Virus record (IMG/VR): IMGVR_UViG_3300037502_003770
Location: 53,643-117,642 of that record
Reading direction: 5' to 3' (one strand)
Origin: a virus
Length of the DNA: 64,000 nt
The stretch's first letter is position 1; every line of letters begins with the position of its first letter. Under the pieces are notes generated by a model, which did no database searches, was not told the DNA's origin, and saw nothing but the letters and a program-made list of their open reading frames with translations. This document shows, piece after piece, positions 1 to 10,501 of this stretch. Both the position numbers and the translations under genes were made by a program.

Positions 1-198
1 TTAGAATTAACAAATTTAGATAAAAAAGATATTATAAAAGAAAATTCTTCTATATTTGAAGAGGAACAACAGATAGCATCTTTTACTAAAAATCTACAAA
101 GATTAACTGATATAGATGAGGAAGTTGATAGTAAATATTATTTATTATTGTATATTGCGTTAGAAAAAAAGTATAAAACGCAAGGTTTAAAAAACTAA
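1..198 (+). CDS. 3' end of a hypothetical protein gene (partial, runs off window start)
   Basis: Frame 1 is open from the window start to TAA at 196-198; no recognisable domain. Confidence 0.35.
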   Translation, partial: LELTNLDKKDIIKENSSIFEEEQQIASFTKNLQRLTDIDEEVDSKYYLLLYIALEKKYKTQGLKN

Positions 199-214
199 CT
201 TTAAAACATAAAAA

Positions 215-2506
215 ATGAACACAAAAGATTTTTCTCTCTTAGATTTTAGAGAAACCAACAATTTAACTTTAAACAATGAAAAAGGGACTTTTGCAAGTCA
301 TATTTCAATTTTTTTAAAGGAAGATTTTAAAAATGTTTATATTATAAACTCTGATAATCCTTTACAATATATTAATAAAATTAAGGAATTATTTTTATTA
401 AGTGATGCTGTATTTTTTTATAACGAACTTATTCTTAATTATGATAAAACATCTGATTATGATATTATTGCAAGTAGAGATACAGCCGAACATAATTTAA
501 AAGTTAAAATTGATGATGAATCTTTTGTATTAGAATATTTTAAATTAGAAAATAAATTTATTTTCAATATTAGATATAATCAAAAAAGTATTGATTCTTT
601 ACCTAAATTAGTTTCTGAATATATTGATTCTTTACTTTCAGAAGAAATCTTTTCTGAATATTCAGTATATAGAACTGATGAAATGTATTTTACTTTAAAT
701 GAATTTTTAGTAAAGAATAAATATATTCTTGAAAAAAATGATATAGTTTTAGATACGACTGGTTATGTAACAGAAAATACTTATAACCCTAACACTCTTT
801 TTCCAAGTAAAAATGTTTGTGTTATTGAAGAGGTTAATAATAAAAGTGAAACTAATGAAGACGATGAAGATAATGGTCTTTATGAAGTTTTATTTGTATG
901 CTCTGAAGATGGTCTTTCATATATTCTTAATACAAGAGATATCTCTTCTTTTGAAGAATTAGATTGTTTTGAAATAAAAGAAGTAACAGAAGGTGGTTTA
1001 AAAGTTAAAAAAATGCTTCATCATGAAGATATAAACCCAAACGATGTTTATATTGAATTAATTAAAACAACCGAAGAAGAACTTGCAAATAATTATGAAT
1101 TAATTAGTAATGGTATTACCACTAATAAAATTATAGGTCAAATTGAACATATAGAAGAAATATTTGATGATAATTCATCAGATTATGATGATACAGAAAA
1201 TCATGAAGTTATGTTCTCTAAACGAGTAAGTGATGAACTATGCCTTGTATACTGGTTAAAATTTGAAGATTTATCTCTTTTTGGTGTAGAAAATATTGAA
1301 GAATTAAAAAACCAATTTTATGAAATTTCTGAATCAACAGAAAAAGAAGGTGGTTTAAAAGCTTTAAAATTAGTTTCATTTCATGGACAAATACCTACTG
1401 AAATATATATTAAAATCAATAAAGTAACTCAGGAAGAATTTATATTAGATTTTAATAATTTGATTGATACTTTAAAACAAAGTACATTTCAAGGTGAAAT
1501 TGTCTTAGAAAGTGATACACATTCTTATAGTTTTAGTACTGATAATGCTATTTCTTTTGAAAAGACTCATAAATATAGAATAATTGAAACTAGTAATGAG
1601 GCTGGTATTTTAGTTAAGAAAAATACACTAAAAAATAAAATGCAGCCATATATAGATTCAATACATTCTATGTGGAATAATATATTTCCTCAAGAAAAAG
1701 ATGGACCTATAATGCTTGATGATTCAGGAAATAATATGTTATCTAAAAAAACAGAATCTAATAAAGAAGAGGAAGTTTATGTAGTTTTAGCTAGAATTAA
1801 AGAAGATAAAAAAGAATCTTCTCAATTAAGTCTCGAATTTGAAGAAAATTCTAATGGGGGTAATATAGTTTTAAAGGATAAAGAATCTTCTCAAGCACCA
1901 ATAATTACTGATGAAACAAGTTCAGTTGAACAAACCGAAAATGTTGAATCTAATTTTATGTTAATCTATCCTTTTGAACAGTTACCAGCATATGTTTCTA
2001 CTTTTGTTAATGCTTATTCAAAATTAACAACTCTTTTAGAAAAAGAAACTTTTGTTGAAAGGTATTTAGATTTGTTAAAATGTTATAATATTTTAAATAA
2101 TAATAAAATAGAAAGTTATTTAATTCCTGAAGATAATTCAGTTGCTAATAACAAAGTTTCTATTAGATTATATGAAAATCAGGATTTATTCTATTTGATT
2201 CAGTTAATAACCAAAACTCATAAAGAAACCATATTAGAAAATATGATTTCAAGAAATCAAAGAATAAATAGATTATATGAAAGCATAGCTAGGGGTGTAT
2301 TTATGAAATATTTACACTTTGATATTGAGACTCCTGATGGAAAATCTTTTTCAGAAAAGGTGAAATTTGAAGCTCATCAGTACTCAATTGATGAAATGAT
2401 ACAAATATTAGATGATAATTCAATTCCTTTCAGAAACGATAGTTATAATATACAAGTTTCTGATTTTGAAAAAGATGTTTTACCTAATATTTATTTTAAT
2501 GAATAA
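215..2506 (+). CDS. large acidic hypothetical protein (763 aa)
   Basis: Long uninterrupted ORF, D/E-rich, internal repeat EGGLK(V/A)xK...(H)xxI(N)P; no catalytic motifs recognised. Confidence 0.6.
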   Translation: MNTKDFSLLDFRETNNLTLNNEKGTFASHISIFLKEDFKNVYIINSDNPLQYINKIKELFLLSDAVFFYNELILNYDKTSDYDIIASRDTAEHNLKVKIDDESFVLEYFKLENKFIFNIRYNQKSIDSLPKLVSEYIDSLLSEEIFSEYSVYRTDEMYFTLNEFLVKNKYILEKNDIVLDTTGYVTENTYNPNTLFPSKNVCVIEEVNNKSETNEDDEDNGLYEVLFVCSEDGLSYILNTRDISSFEELDCFEIKEVTEGGLKVKKMLHHEDINPNDVYIELIKTTEEELANNYELISNGITTNKIIGQIEHIEEIFDDNSSDYDDTENHEVMFSKRVSDELCLVYWLKFEDLSLFGVENIEELKNQFYEISESTEKEGGLKALKLVSFHGQIPTEIYIKINKVTQEEFILDFNNLIDTLKQSTFQGEIVLESDTHSYSFSTDNAISFEKTHKYRIIETSNEAGILVKKNTLKNKMQPYIDSIHSMWNNIFPQEKDGPIMLDDSGNNMLSKKTESNKEEEVYVVLARIKEDKKESSQLSLEFEENSNGGNIVLKDKESSQAPIITDETSSVEQTENVESNFMLIYPFEQLPAYVSTFVNAYSKLTTLLEKETFVERYLDLLKCYNILNNNKIESYLIPEDNSVANNKVSIRLYENQDLFYLIQLITKTHKETILENMISRNQRINRLYESIARGVFMKYLHFDIETPDGKSFSEKVKFEAHQYSIDEMIQILDDNSIPFRNDSYNIQVSDFEKDVLPNIYFNE

Positions 2507-2516
2507 GGTTATTATA

Positions 2517-2957
2517 ATGTTTTTGTTATTATTCTGTCTGAATACTTTTAAAGTATTTGGACAGAATTTAACAGAATTACAAAAGAAAGATAGTATATTA
2601 TATTACTTAAATAATTCTAATATTAAATTCAAAAGATTTGTACTTAAACAAATAATGTATGAATCAAGTTTTTTAAAATCTAAACTTGCTAGATTAAATA
2701 ACAATGTAACAGGTTTTAGATTTCCTAGAAGTAGAAAAACATATGCTATTAAGAAAAAGTATGGTTATGCAGTTTATTTATCTATAAAAGATTGTATTTT
2801 AGATTATGAACTCTTCCAAAATAGATTTAAAGGTTCTACTTTAAAGGAATATGAAAAATTTTTAAATAAAATTTATTCTAAAAATAAAAAAACATATTCT
2901 AAAAAAATACATTCTTTAGATATTGATAGAATTTACAAAAACTTACAACTTAATTAA
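2517..2957 (+). CDS. secreted protein with glucosaminidase-like (muramidase/FlgJ C-terminal type) segment
   Basis: ORF track gives 2412..2957 overlapping the upstream gene. ATG 2517 yields signal-peptide-like MFLLLFCLNTFKVFG. ESSFLKSKLARLNNNVTGFR resembles the E-S-x-x-G-x-S-x-L-x-x-x-N-N-x-F-G-I-K glucosaminidase motif. Confidence 0.4.
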   Translation: MFLLLFCLNTFKVFGQNLTELQKKDSILYYLNNSNIKFKRFVLKQIMYESSFLKSKLARLNNNVTGFRFPRSRKTYAIKKKYGYAVYLSIKDCILDYELFQNRFKGSTLKEYEKFLNKIYSKNKKTYSKKIHSLDIDRIYKNLQLN

Positions 2958-2976
2958 AAAAAAAACAACTGTTACA

Positions 2977-3294
2977 ATGAACCAAGAAATCAAACACAAT
3001 CAACCAGATTTTAAAGAATTTGTTAAAAACTTATCTCTTTCACAATTAAATACTCTTTCAGAACATATTAGTTTTGAAATAAATAAACAATTAGAAGTAG
3101 GTGCTGTTGTTGAATTAAGTGATGGTACAAATGATACTATTACTAAAATTCATACAGAAATTACAGCTGTAACTTTAAAAAAGTCAGGTAAAAAAGATAT
3201 TAAACAAATAAAAAAGATTAAACATACTAATGCTGAACGTATTAATTTTAACAACTTAAATTTTAATAACCAAGAAAATGATGACAACAATTAA
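2977..3294 (+). CDS. hypothetical protein
   Basis: ORF track 2923..3294; internal ATG at 2977 avoids the overlap; no domain recognised. Confidence 0.4.
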   Translation: MNQEIKHNQPDFKEFVKNLSLSQLNTLSEHISFEINKQLEVGAVVELSDGTNDTITKIHTEITAVTLKKSGKKDIKQIKKIKHTNAERINFNNLNFNNQENDDNN

Positions 3295-3715
3295 AAATAA
3301 ACTTGATTTACTTAAAACTGATTACATGCGTAATCGTGATGTTTCTAATTTAAATGCTATTAGAAATATCTTAACCAGATTAACAGTAGCAGAAAAAAAT
3401 AATTCAAATAATGAATTATCTGATGAACAAGTAATTAACTTATTTATTTCATTAGAAAAAGAATTAAATAAAAATATACCATTATATATTGAGAGTGGTA
3501 GAAATGATTTAGCTGATAAAGATAAGGTAGAATTAAATATAATTTCAGAATTTTTACCTAAAAAATTAACTGAATCTGAATTAATTAGTATTATTGAAAC
3601 TATTAAGAATAATAATCCTGATTATAATAAACCTATTATTGGTTTAGTTATGAAAGAACTTAATAGTAATTATAAAGGACAATTTGACCAAAAATTAGTA
3701 TCAACTTTAATTTAA
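3278..3715 (+). CDS. GatB/YqeY-domain protein
   Basis: 145 aa; pattern ...SEFLPKKLTESEL...IIGLVMKELNSNYKGQFDQKLVSTLI matches the YqeY/GatB C-terminal domain family. Confidence 0.65.
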   Translation: MMTTIKNKLDLLKTDYMRNRDVSNLNAIRNILTRLTVAEKNNSNNELSDEQVINLFISLEKELNKNIPLYIESGRNDLADKDKVELNIISEFLPKKLTESELISIIETIKNNNPDYNKPIIGLVMKELNSNYKGQFDQKLVSTLI

Positions 3716-3722
3716 AAAAACA

Positions 3723-4565
3723 ATGTTACAAAAAGTAAAAAACCTTTTAGAAAATAATTTAATTTACAACCTTATTTTAATGTTTGGTTTTATTTTAAAT
3801 ATTACTTTTGGAAATCCTGTTTCTCTTTTTATTAGTTTTCTTTTTGGTTCTCTTATTGCATATAAGTTAATTATTTTAGAAGAAAAATCTTTTGAAGAAA
3901 GAAAAGAAGCTATTAATAAAGATTTTGAAAATTTAAATAATAGCACTTCTTCTATTAAAGAGAATGATACTAAAACTAACTCTTTATTTGATGAGTTTAC
4001 TGATAAATCCACATTTGAGGATTTCTTTAAGAAAGCATTAAATTTACCGCCTGATGCTAAAGTACATATTATTGACGATATAAATTTGATGGGTGGTGGT
4101 TCTAATATTCAAAATAATCCTTTTGCAAATAAAAAAGGTGTTAAACCAAAAGAAGAAGATTTAACTGATAGAGTTATTTATTTAGATAATAAGTTAGCTG
4201 TTTTAACAGGTAAAATAAGTGAACACGAAATTAAAGATATTAGGAAAAAATATGAAATGTTAAGTGAAACTGGTCAAAATGAGTTTTTGGTTGAAAAAAT
4301 ATATAACGAGTTTTTTAATACTGATTTTGAACCTACTTTTGAAGAAAAACTTAATTTCTTTAAAAATAAGTTAACAGATGTAACATTACATAAAAACAAA
4401 ATGGAAAATGATAAACTTACTCTACTTTTCTTAGTCGATATTGAAAAGAACGGTGAATCTAAGTTTATGGAAGATTTAAGAGCTGAAGCAATTAAGAAAG
4501 AAATGTATGAATTTCTTATTGAATTAACCGAATATGAAGAAAAACAAAGAAACAAGTCCCTATAA
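3723..4565 (+). CDS. membrane-anchored coiled-coil hypothetical protein
   Basis: Two N-terminal hydrophobic helices, then a charged coiled-coil-like region. Confidence 0.5.
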   Translation: MLQKVKNLLENNLIYNLILMFGFILNITFGNPVSLFISFLFGSLIAYKLIILEEKSFEERKEAINKDFENLNNSTSSIKENDTKTNSLFDEFTDKSTFEDFFKKALNLPPDAKVHIIDDINLMGGGSNIQNNPFANKKGVKPKEEDLTDRVIYLDNKLAVLTGKISEHEIKDIRKKYEMLSETGQNEFLVEKIYNEFFNTDFEPTFEEKLNFFKNKLTDVTLHKNKMENDKLTLLFLVDIEKNGESKFMEDLRAEAIKKEMYEFLIELTEYEEKQRNKSL

Positions 4566-4693
4566 AAAAATTAAAAGAGATTTAATGAAGAGGGATAACC
4601 TTACTAATGATAGAAGATTCGTTAGTAAGGTTGTTGAAAACAAAAAGAAAAAAGAAAGTAAAAATTTCTGTAAGAATTTTAAATTGAAAAAAT

Positions 4694-4885
4694 ATGAGTA
4701 AGAAAAAGTCTGTTAAGCAAGAATTTATTTTTGTAAATGAAACAACTTGTGAAGCGTATGTTGGAATGAAAGGTGGTAGATTTATTTTCAGCCCAAACTT
4801 TGCAGATGCTAAGATATTTGATGATATAAATCAAGTACATTATTTAGAATCAGCCATTCAGAAACCTTCAATTTTAATATTATAA
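4694..4885 (+). CDS. small hypothetical protein
   Basis: 63-aa ORF on the coding strand; no domain. Confidence 0.35.
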   Translation: MSKKKSVKQEFIFVNETTCEAYVGMKGGRFIFSPNFADAKIFDDINQVHYLESAIQKPSILIL

Positions 4886-4890
4886 TAGTT

Positions 4891-5262
4891 ATGTCAAAAA
4901 TAAAAGTTGAATACTTTGATGAAAGTGAAGTATTTACTATTTTCAAAAACTTTATTCCTTCATATATTAGTAATTTAGATGATGATAATTCTTTAGAAAT
5001 TATTGATTATTTAAATAAAGAATTACTACCTAAAAGTAAGTCTTTTAAGAGTGAAACTGATTTATTTCAGTTTGAAACTAAATTAAGGTCTATTAATTTA
5101 AAGGATAATGAATATGAAAATTATTCTTTATATGAAATAATAAATACATTTATAGATGAATTTTACTATGAATGTGATAAACAATTAGAAGACCAAGAAA
5201 ATATTAACGTAAAAGTTAATGAAAATGGTAAAAATTTAAAGAAATTTAAAGAAAAAAATTAA
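4891..5262 (+). CDS. hypothetical protein
   Basis: 123-aa ORF; no domain. Confidence 0.4.
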   Translation: MSKIKVEYFDESEVFTIFKNFIPSYISNLDDDNSLEIIDYLNKELLPKSKSFKSETDLFQFETKLRSINLKDNEYENYSLYEIINTFIDEFYYECDKQLEDQENINVKVNENGKNLKKFKEKN

Positions 5263-5317
5263 CATATTAACCAGTAAAACGTATTATTTAAAACAAACAT
5301 TAAAAAAAACTTTTCTT

Positions 5318-5830
5318 ATGCAAAATACAGAATTATTATTTAGTAAACTTAACGATTACGCTATCGAAGTTTCTCAAAAAGAGTCAGTTAAATGGTCATT
5401 TAACATGTCTTGGTTAAAGTATCACATGGTAAACGATATGTTTGAAAAACATATTATGAGTAACCGAGAAAAGGGTATTGACCAAAGAGATTTAATTATT
5501 TACTTTGGCGAATTTGATAACTCACCTAACTTAGATTTATTACATAGATTTATGTTAAAGTCTCATCAATCTTATCCAGAATCAAGAGGTTTTTTACATT
5601 TCTTATTCTTACAAAAGATTCCTCAATGGTTAGAATCTGTAAAGAAAACAAGACCTAATTATGATTATTCAGCCGATAAAGAATTTGGTGATTTAATTAG
5701 TTCTTTCTACATGAGAAAAATGACCTTAGAAAATTTTGTTGTTAAATATAAAGAACTAACAAACTTAGACCTTTCTCATTTAATACCTGAATTTGCTCCT
5801 ATTCTAAACGCTAACTTAGTAAAAGAATAA
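5318..5830 (+). CDS. hypothetical protein
   Basis: 170-aa ORF; no domain. Confidence 0.45.
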   Translation: MQNTELLFSKLNDYAIEVSQKESVKWSFNMSWLKYHMVNDMFEKHIMSNREKGIDQRDLIIYFGEFDNSPNLDLLHRFMLKSHQSYPESRGFLHFLFLQKIPQWLESVKKTRPNYDYSADKEFGDLISSFYMRKMTLENFVVKYKELTNLDLSHLIPEFAPILNANLVKE

Positions 5831-5865
5831 TTAAAATATTTGTTCAATTTTAAACTTTACAAAAA

Positions 5866-6309
5866 ATGTTAACAGCCACAACAACAGATACTAAAAAACT
5901 TTCAGAAGTATTAAATAAAAATCAAACTGATACTTATTTAACAGAAGTACAAAATCTTTTTGAAGAAATTGTACTTCTTTCAGAAGATGCTTCTAAGAAA
6001 GGATATAATGGTATATATTTCACACCAAATATTAATATAAGACACTTTATGTCTTTAAGTACTGAATTTTTAGATTTTTTATCTGAAAAACTTTTAGCAG
6101 AAGATTTAAAACTTTTTGTAATACCAACAAATAGTTCAATTAGTGATGATACAAAGATTTATGTTACTTGGGTAGGTGATAACCAATTTCATAAAATGAA
6201 TCTGATTTACTGTAATTTTAAGGGTAAAATTAAGAATAAAACAGAAAAATCAGACTCAATAAGTAATCTAATAAAAGATTTCTTTTCATCTTTTAAAAAG
6301 AACTGGTAA
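5866..6309 (+). CDS. hypothetical protein
   Basis: 147-aa ORF followed by an intrinsic terminator. Confidence 0.45.
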   Translation: MLTATTTDTKKLSEVLNKNQTDTYLTEVQNLFEEIVLLSEDASKKGYNGIYFTPNINIRHFMSLSTEFLDFLSEKLLAEDLKLFVIPTNSSISDDTKIYVTWVGDNQFHKMNLIYCNFKGKIKNKTEKSDSISNLIKDFFSSFKKNW

Positions 6310-6316
6310 TTTTTTT

Positions 6317-6353
6317 AGGTGCTTATATTTTCTTTATATAAGCACCTTTTTTA
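6317..6353 (+). terminator. intrinsic terminator
   Basis: aggtgcttata / tataagcacct 11-bp stem followed by a T-run. Confidence 0.65.
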
Positions 6354-6382
6354 AATAATTAAAACAACTAAACAAAAAAAAT

Positions 6383-7087
6383 ATGCTTAAAGATTTAAAA
6401 AGAATCTTCATTAAAGAAGATGAACCCGAAACTAAAGTTACAACTACAAATAAAGTAGTTTCACCTCCATTATCTACTGATTTTGGTATTGATAATACAA
6501 CACCGATAAGTAATAATCTATTTCAACCACAACAAGTACCAAATGTAAATGTACTTTCTTCAAATGAAAATATTTTGAAGTTTCAAACTATTGTAGAAGA
6601 AATTTTAAAAGAAAATAATTTACAAGGTTTTGATTATCATGAGTTTATGTTAAGTATAAATTCAATGCAAAATTCAGGTACACCTGAAAGTGTAATTTAT
6701 AAATTAGCATTTAATTCTTTATCTTCAGTTGATTCTTCTTTAACTAAAGAGCATATCATTGCATCAGCCAATCATTATATTGATGTTTTAAATAAAAATA
6801 ATCAAGGTATTTTTAAAGATAAAATGGATGAAAAGTATTTCAAACCATCTTCTTTAAAAAAGGAAAGAGCTGCTGAATTAGATAATCAGGTATTAAAAAT
6901 ACAAGAACAAATTGTAGCTTTACAACAGCAAATTAATTCTTTAAATGAAGAAAAAAATACTGTACTATATGAATCTTTAGAATTACAGAATAAGGGTACT
7001 GAAAATATTAATATTTTTAATATGGTTGTAACTTCAAAAATTGAAGAAATCAATAAAAATATTGAAAAAGTACAAACATACATTTAA
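6383..7087 (+). CDS. coiled-coil hypothetical protein
   Basis: 234-aa ORF with a Q/E/K-rich C-terminal heptad-like region. Confidence 0.5.
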   Translation: MLKDLKRIFIKEDEPETKVTTTNKVVSPPLSTDFGIDNTTPISNNLFQPQQVPNVNVLSSNENILKFQTIVEEILKENNLQGFDYHEFMLSINSMQNSGTPESVIYKLAFNSLSSVDSSLTKEHIIASANHYIDVLNKNNQGIFKDKMDEKYFKPSSLKKERAAELDNQVLKIQEQIVALQQQINSLNEEKNTVLYESLELQNKGTENINIFNMVVTSKIEEINKNIEKVQTYI

Positions 7088-7122
7088 TTAAAAAATTCTT
7101 TTAAACTTAAAACAAAAAAACA

Positions 7123-8109
7123 ATGTTAGGAAACGATAATCAAAACATTACAAAAAAGTCTTATTGGGATAGACCCGATGGAAAAGTTGGTATCATTGCA
7201 GGTATATTTTTAGCAGGGTACGCTGGTTTAAAATTATTACCTATTTTAACCGCAATAGTTTGGAATACAATTAATTTTGGTATAGCGTGTGGTGTAGGTT
7301 TTGCTTTATTTATGTTAGTTTCTAATAGGAAATTTAGACTAAGTGTTGGTTATCTTTATGAAATATTTTTTAAAGCTTTAACAGGTTTTGTTATTCAATT
7401 AGACCCTTTTATTATTGCTGAATCTTATATTCAAGATATGGAAAAGGAACAAAGAAATTTAAAAAATAAAATAGTTGAAATTTTAGGACAAAAAGAGAAT
7501 TTAACAGATACTCTAAATAAAAACAAAAAACAAATTTCAAGAAAAGAATCCGAATACCAATTAGGCGTAGAAAGAAATGATAGAGTTTTAATAGAAACTA
7601 GTCAAGTTGAAATTGGTGAACTTATATCTTTTAATGACAGTATTACTTTAATTTTAAATGATATTATTGTAGTATCTGAACAATTACAACAACTAGATGA
7701 AAACGCTACTATTGCAATAAAAAACGCTAAAACTACTCTAAACAATACTAAAATTAAATATGATACTTTACTTAAAGGTAATAGTGCTTTAAAATCAGCT
7801 TTATCCATTATAAATGGCGACCCTGATAAAAAACAAATGCTTGAAATGTCAGCTGAACAATTACAAATTACTATGTCTAACCAACTAGCTCAAATGAAAT
7901 TGGGTATTAAAGAAGGTGAAAAACATTTAAAACAAGCAGCCCTCAATAGAGCTATTGATGCTAAAGAAGGTGAAAAATATATGCAGCAAAGGCTTCAAGA
8001 AAAGAATAACAATTCTATTAGTATGAATCAGTTAACTAGTAAAGTATCTAACCCTATTAAGAATACTAGTACTGATAATAAAACTTATGATAAGTTTGAT
8101 GAACTTTAA
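7123..8109 (+). CDS. membrane-associated coiled-coil hypothetical protein
   Basis: 328 aa; two hydrophobic helices near the N-terminus, then a coiled-coil. Confidence 0.5.
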   Translation: MLGNDNQNITKKSYWDRPDGKVGIIAGIFLAGYAGLKLLPILTAIVWNTINFGIACGVGFALFMLVSNRKFRLSVGYLYEIFFKALTGFVIQLDPFIIAESYIQDMEKEQRNLKNKIVEILGQKENLTDTLNKNKKQISRKESEYQLGVERNDRVLIETSQVEIGELISFNDSITLILNDIIVVSEQLQQLDENATIAIKNAKTTLNNTKIKYDTLLKGNSALKSALSIINGDPDKKQMLEMSAEQLQITMSNQLAQMKLGIKEGEKHLKQAALNRAIDAKEGEKYMQQRLQEKNNNSISMNQLTSKVSNPIKNTSTDNKTYDKFDEL

Positions 8110-8132
8110 TCAACACTTCTTTAAATAAACGA

Positions 8133-8171
8133 ATATACTCCAGTTAAAATAATTACTGGGGTATATTTTTA
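8133..8171 (+). terminator. intrinsic terminator
   Basis: atatactccagt ... actggggtatat 12-bp stem (one G-U) followed by TTTTT. Confidence 0.65.
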
Positions 8172-8182
8172 AATTATATAAA

Positions 8183-8713
8183 ATGAAACCAATAGTAATC
8201 AAAATTTATTCTGATAATTTCTTTTATTGTGAAAAAAATATTTCAGTTTATAAAAAATTTAATAATTTAGCGTTTTTTTATTTTAATTCATTAAGTTTAA
8301 GTTATAATTTTGAACCGTATTATAATTTTATAAATGAATTTCGTATTTATATGGATAAAACCGTTTTTAATCTTTTATTAAGAATTATTTATTCAAATAA
8401 AAAATATTTAAAATCAGATAATTTTAATAATTATTATTTTATTTTGGCTAATAAACTTTCTCTTGATAGTGATACAGTATGTTTATTATTAAAAAATAAA
8501 ATTATTAGGTTTAATGAGACTTCAGTACATAATCGTAGAAGTTTGCTTGTTTGTAAAACTGCACTAGAATATGATTTTAACAATTTTAAATATATTCCAA
8601 ATGAATTACAAAAAAATACTGAAATTTTAGCTTTATATAAATCTGAATTTTTCAGACAATCAATAAAAAAATTTAATATAAAAAATTCTAATTTTTATGA
8701 AAATAATAATTAA
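8183..8713 (+). CDS. FamA-long protein (N-terminal motif of the form I-x-I-F-N-N-N-F-F-Y-x-E; C-terminal DUF4116-like repeat)
   Basis: N-terminus MKPIVIKIYSDNFFYCEKN; C-terminal YIPNELQKNTEILALY resembles the DUF4116 repeat. Confidence 0.55.
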   Translation: MKPIVIKIYSDNFFYCEKNISVYKKFNNLAFFYFNSLSLSYNFEPYYNFINEFRIYMDKTVFNLLLRIIYSNKKYLKSDNFNNYYFILANKLSLDSDTVCLLLKNKIIRFNETSVHNRRSLLVCKTALEYDFNNFKYIPNELQKNTEILALYKSEFFRQSIKKFNIKNSNFYENNN

Positions 8714-8733
8714 ATTTAAATAAACTTAACAAT

Positions 8734-9088
8734 ATGAATAACATATATATTTCTAATGACTTTTTTATTTATATAGATTATGACTTGGGTTATAATTTAT
8801 TTTTAATAAATTTTAAAGAAACAAATATTTTTAGCGAATATAGTCTTTATTACAAGCGACAACTTATCAAACATAAAACCAAAGATGTTTATTTTTTTTA
8901 ATATTATTGAAATTATTGAAAATATAGATATTTCAGAAAAATTTTTAATTAATATAATAGAATTTTTCTATAGTAATGAATATAGTATTCATCTTGGTAT
9001 TAATAATATTAAATATTTACCTAAAAAATATGTAACCGTTTATGAAAATATTATTAAATATTTCCACTTTAAACCTTTAAGAATTTAA
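8734..9088 (+). pseudogene. FamA gene split by a frameshift in a T8 tract (ORFs 8734..8901 and 8885..9088)
   Basis: ORF1 MNNIYISNDFFIYIDYD... ends in GTTTATTTTTTTTAA. ORF2 starts inside the same T-run in the +1 frame and carries the DUF4116-like INNIKYLPKKYVTVYENIIKYF. Confidence 0.45.
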
Positions 9089-10375
9089 CCTCTTAACTGT
9101 CTCGGTATTACGGATAATACCTCTATCTCCTCATGTAAACAATCGGAGATTGCATTTGAATACTTCTTCATTATATTATAACTACCATTTACATCAGCAT
9201 TTATAACTATCCCTTTTGAAGATTTAAATAATTTTGTTGTAATCCTACTACCCAAATAACTATCTTTCTTACATAAAGACTCATTATCTAAAAAAGAACA
9301 CTTACTTGTATAAGATTCCTCTTGTCTTACAAGTTTGATTCCCTTTTCAAATAACTTGTACTCTAACATAGAAAATAATTTATAATAAGGTATCATTACA
9401 AAATTTTGATTATTTTTCTTTCCATTATTAATGTCTTGTTTCCATTCTTTATTTCTACCTACTACTAAAGTATGATAGTTTTTTGAAACTAAATGATTCA
9501 CTAATAATTTACTTATTTTATGTAAATAATCTTCTATTTTGTTATTTCTTCTTAAATTTAATTTTTCTATCCTTTTAGAAGTATAAACTCCTTTATCTAA
9601 CTTACTTCTAAACTCAGCTAACTTCTTATTATAATATTGATTTATATTCTTTAATGGTTTACCATTTATTATTAAAGGTTGTTTATTATCAGAAAAAGTT
9701 AATGTTAATAAATTATTAACACCTACATCCGCTGAACACACCCTTTCTTTAGAAGATGGTTTAACAAAAAGAGATGTATCTATTTTTTTAGAATAAACAA
9801 CTTCTATTACATAATATCCATATTTAGGAACAATTCTTACTTGTTTAATATTAGTTTTATTCACTATCTTACTTTCTAATAAAATAGAAGTCATACTTAA
9901 CTTAATCAACCCTTTAGAAAGAAATTTCTTATCTTTAGAAATAGCACCTTTTTCATAGGTTGTGATGTATTTTCTATTTTTATCTAAATATTTAGGAATA
10001 TTAACCTTTTCATTATATTTTCCTTTTAATTTAAGTTTTAATAAAGAAAAGAAAGATTTAAAGTTTTTATCTACTAATTTTAAAGTTTGTTTAGATACTT
10101 TATCAGGTAACTCTCTATAATCAAAAGAATCTCTTACTTTATAATAGAGTTGTAAATAAGAAAGATATTTTTTTGTTTCAAAGAAATGTTGTCTTACAAT
10201 AAAGAGGGCATAGTTATAGAGATTTCTACTTTTAGTACAAAGAGTTTCACATTCAGAAAAGAATTTATGATTAGGAGTTATTGTATATTTTTGTACTCTA
10301 TTAACTAACATTTAAAATAAGTATATTTATATATAAATAGTAAAAATAAATTATTTTTATTAACAGAAAGGTGTA
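9075..10375 (-). mobile_element. tnpB-only IS200/IS605-like element (no tnpA)
   Basis: Left end tatataaatagtaaaaataaattat at ~10330-10356 is shared with the three TnpB-like paralog elements. Boundaries approximate. Confidence 0.55.
9085..10311 (-). CDS. tnpB: TnpB (IS200/IS605 OrfB-type RuvC-like nuclease, classic zinc-finger form)
   Basis: 408 aa. RuvC-I SADVGVNN, RuvC-II LVVGRNKEWKQ, YTSKCSFLDNESLC zinc-finger region, RuvC-III DVNGSYNIMKK. N-terminal YNYALFIVRQ is TnpB-like. Confidence 0.85.
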   Translation of the reverse strand: MLVNRVQKYTITPNHKFFSECETLCTKSRNLYNYALFIVRQHFFETKKYLSYLQLYYKVRDSFDYRELPDKVSKQTLKLVDKNFKSFFSLLKLKLKGKYNEKVNIPKYLDKNRKYITTYEKGAISKDKKFLSKGLIKLSMTSILLESKIVNKTNIKQVRIVPKYGYYVIEVVYSKKIDTSLFVKPSSKERVCSADVGVNNLLTLTFSDNKQPLIINGKPLKNINQYYNKKLAEFRSKLDKGVYTSKRIEKLNLRRNNKIEDYLHKISKLLVNHLVSKNYHTLVVGRNKEWKQDINNGKKNNQNFVMIPYYKLFSMLEYKLFEKGIKLVRQEESYTSKCSFLDNESLCKKDSYLGSRITTKLFKSSKGIVINADVNGSYNIMKKYSNAISDCLHEEIEVLSVIPRQLRG

Positions 10376-10501
10376 TAAAATATAATATAAAAATATTAAC
10401 ATTTTCAAAGTCTGAAATTTTAACAACATATATTAAAGGATTTTTGAATTCTTCAGAAAAAAAGTATTCTTTAAATAAAAAAGACTTATTAAAAATAAAA
10501 A

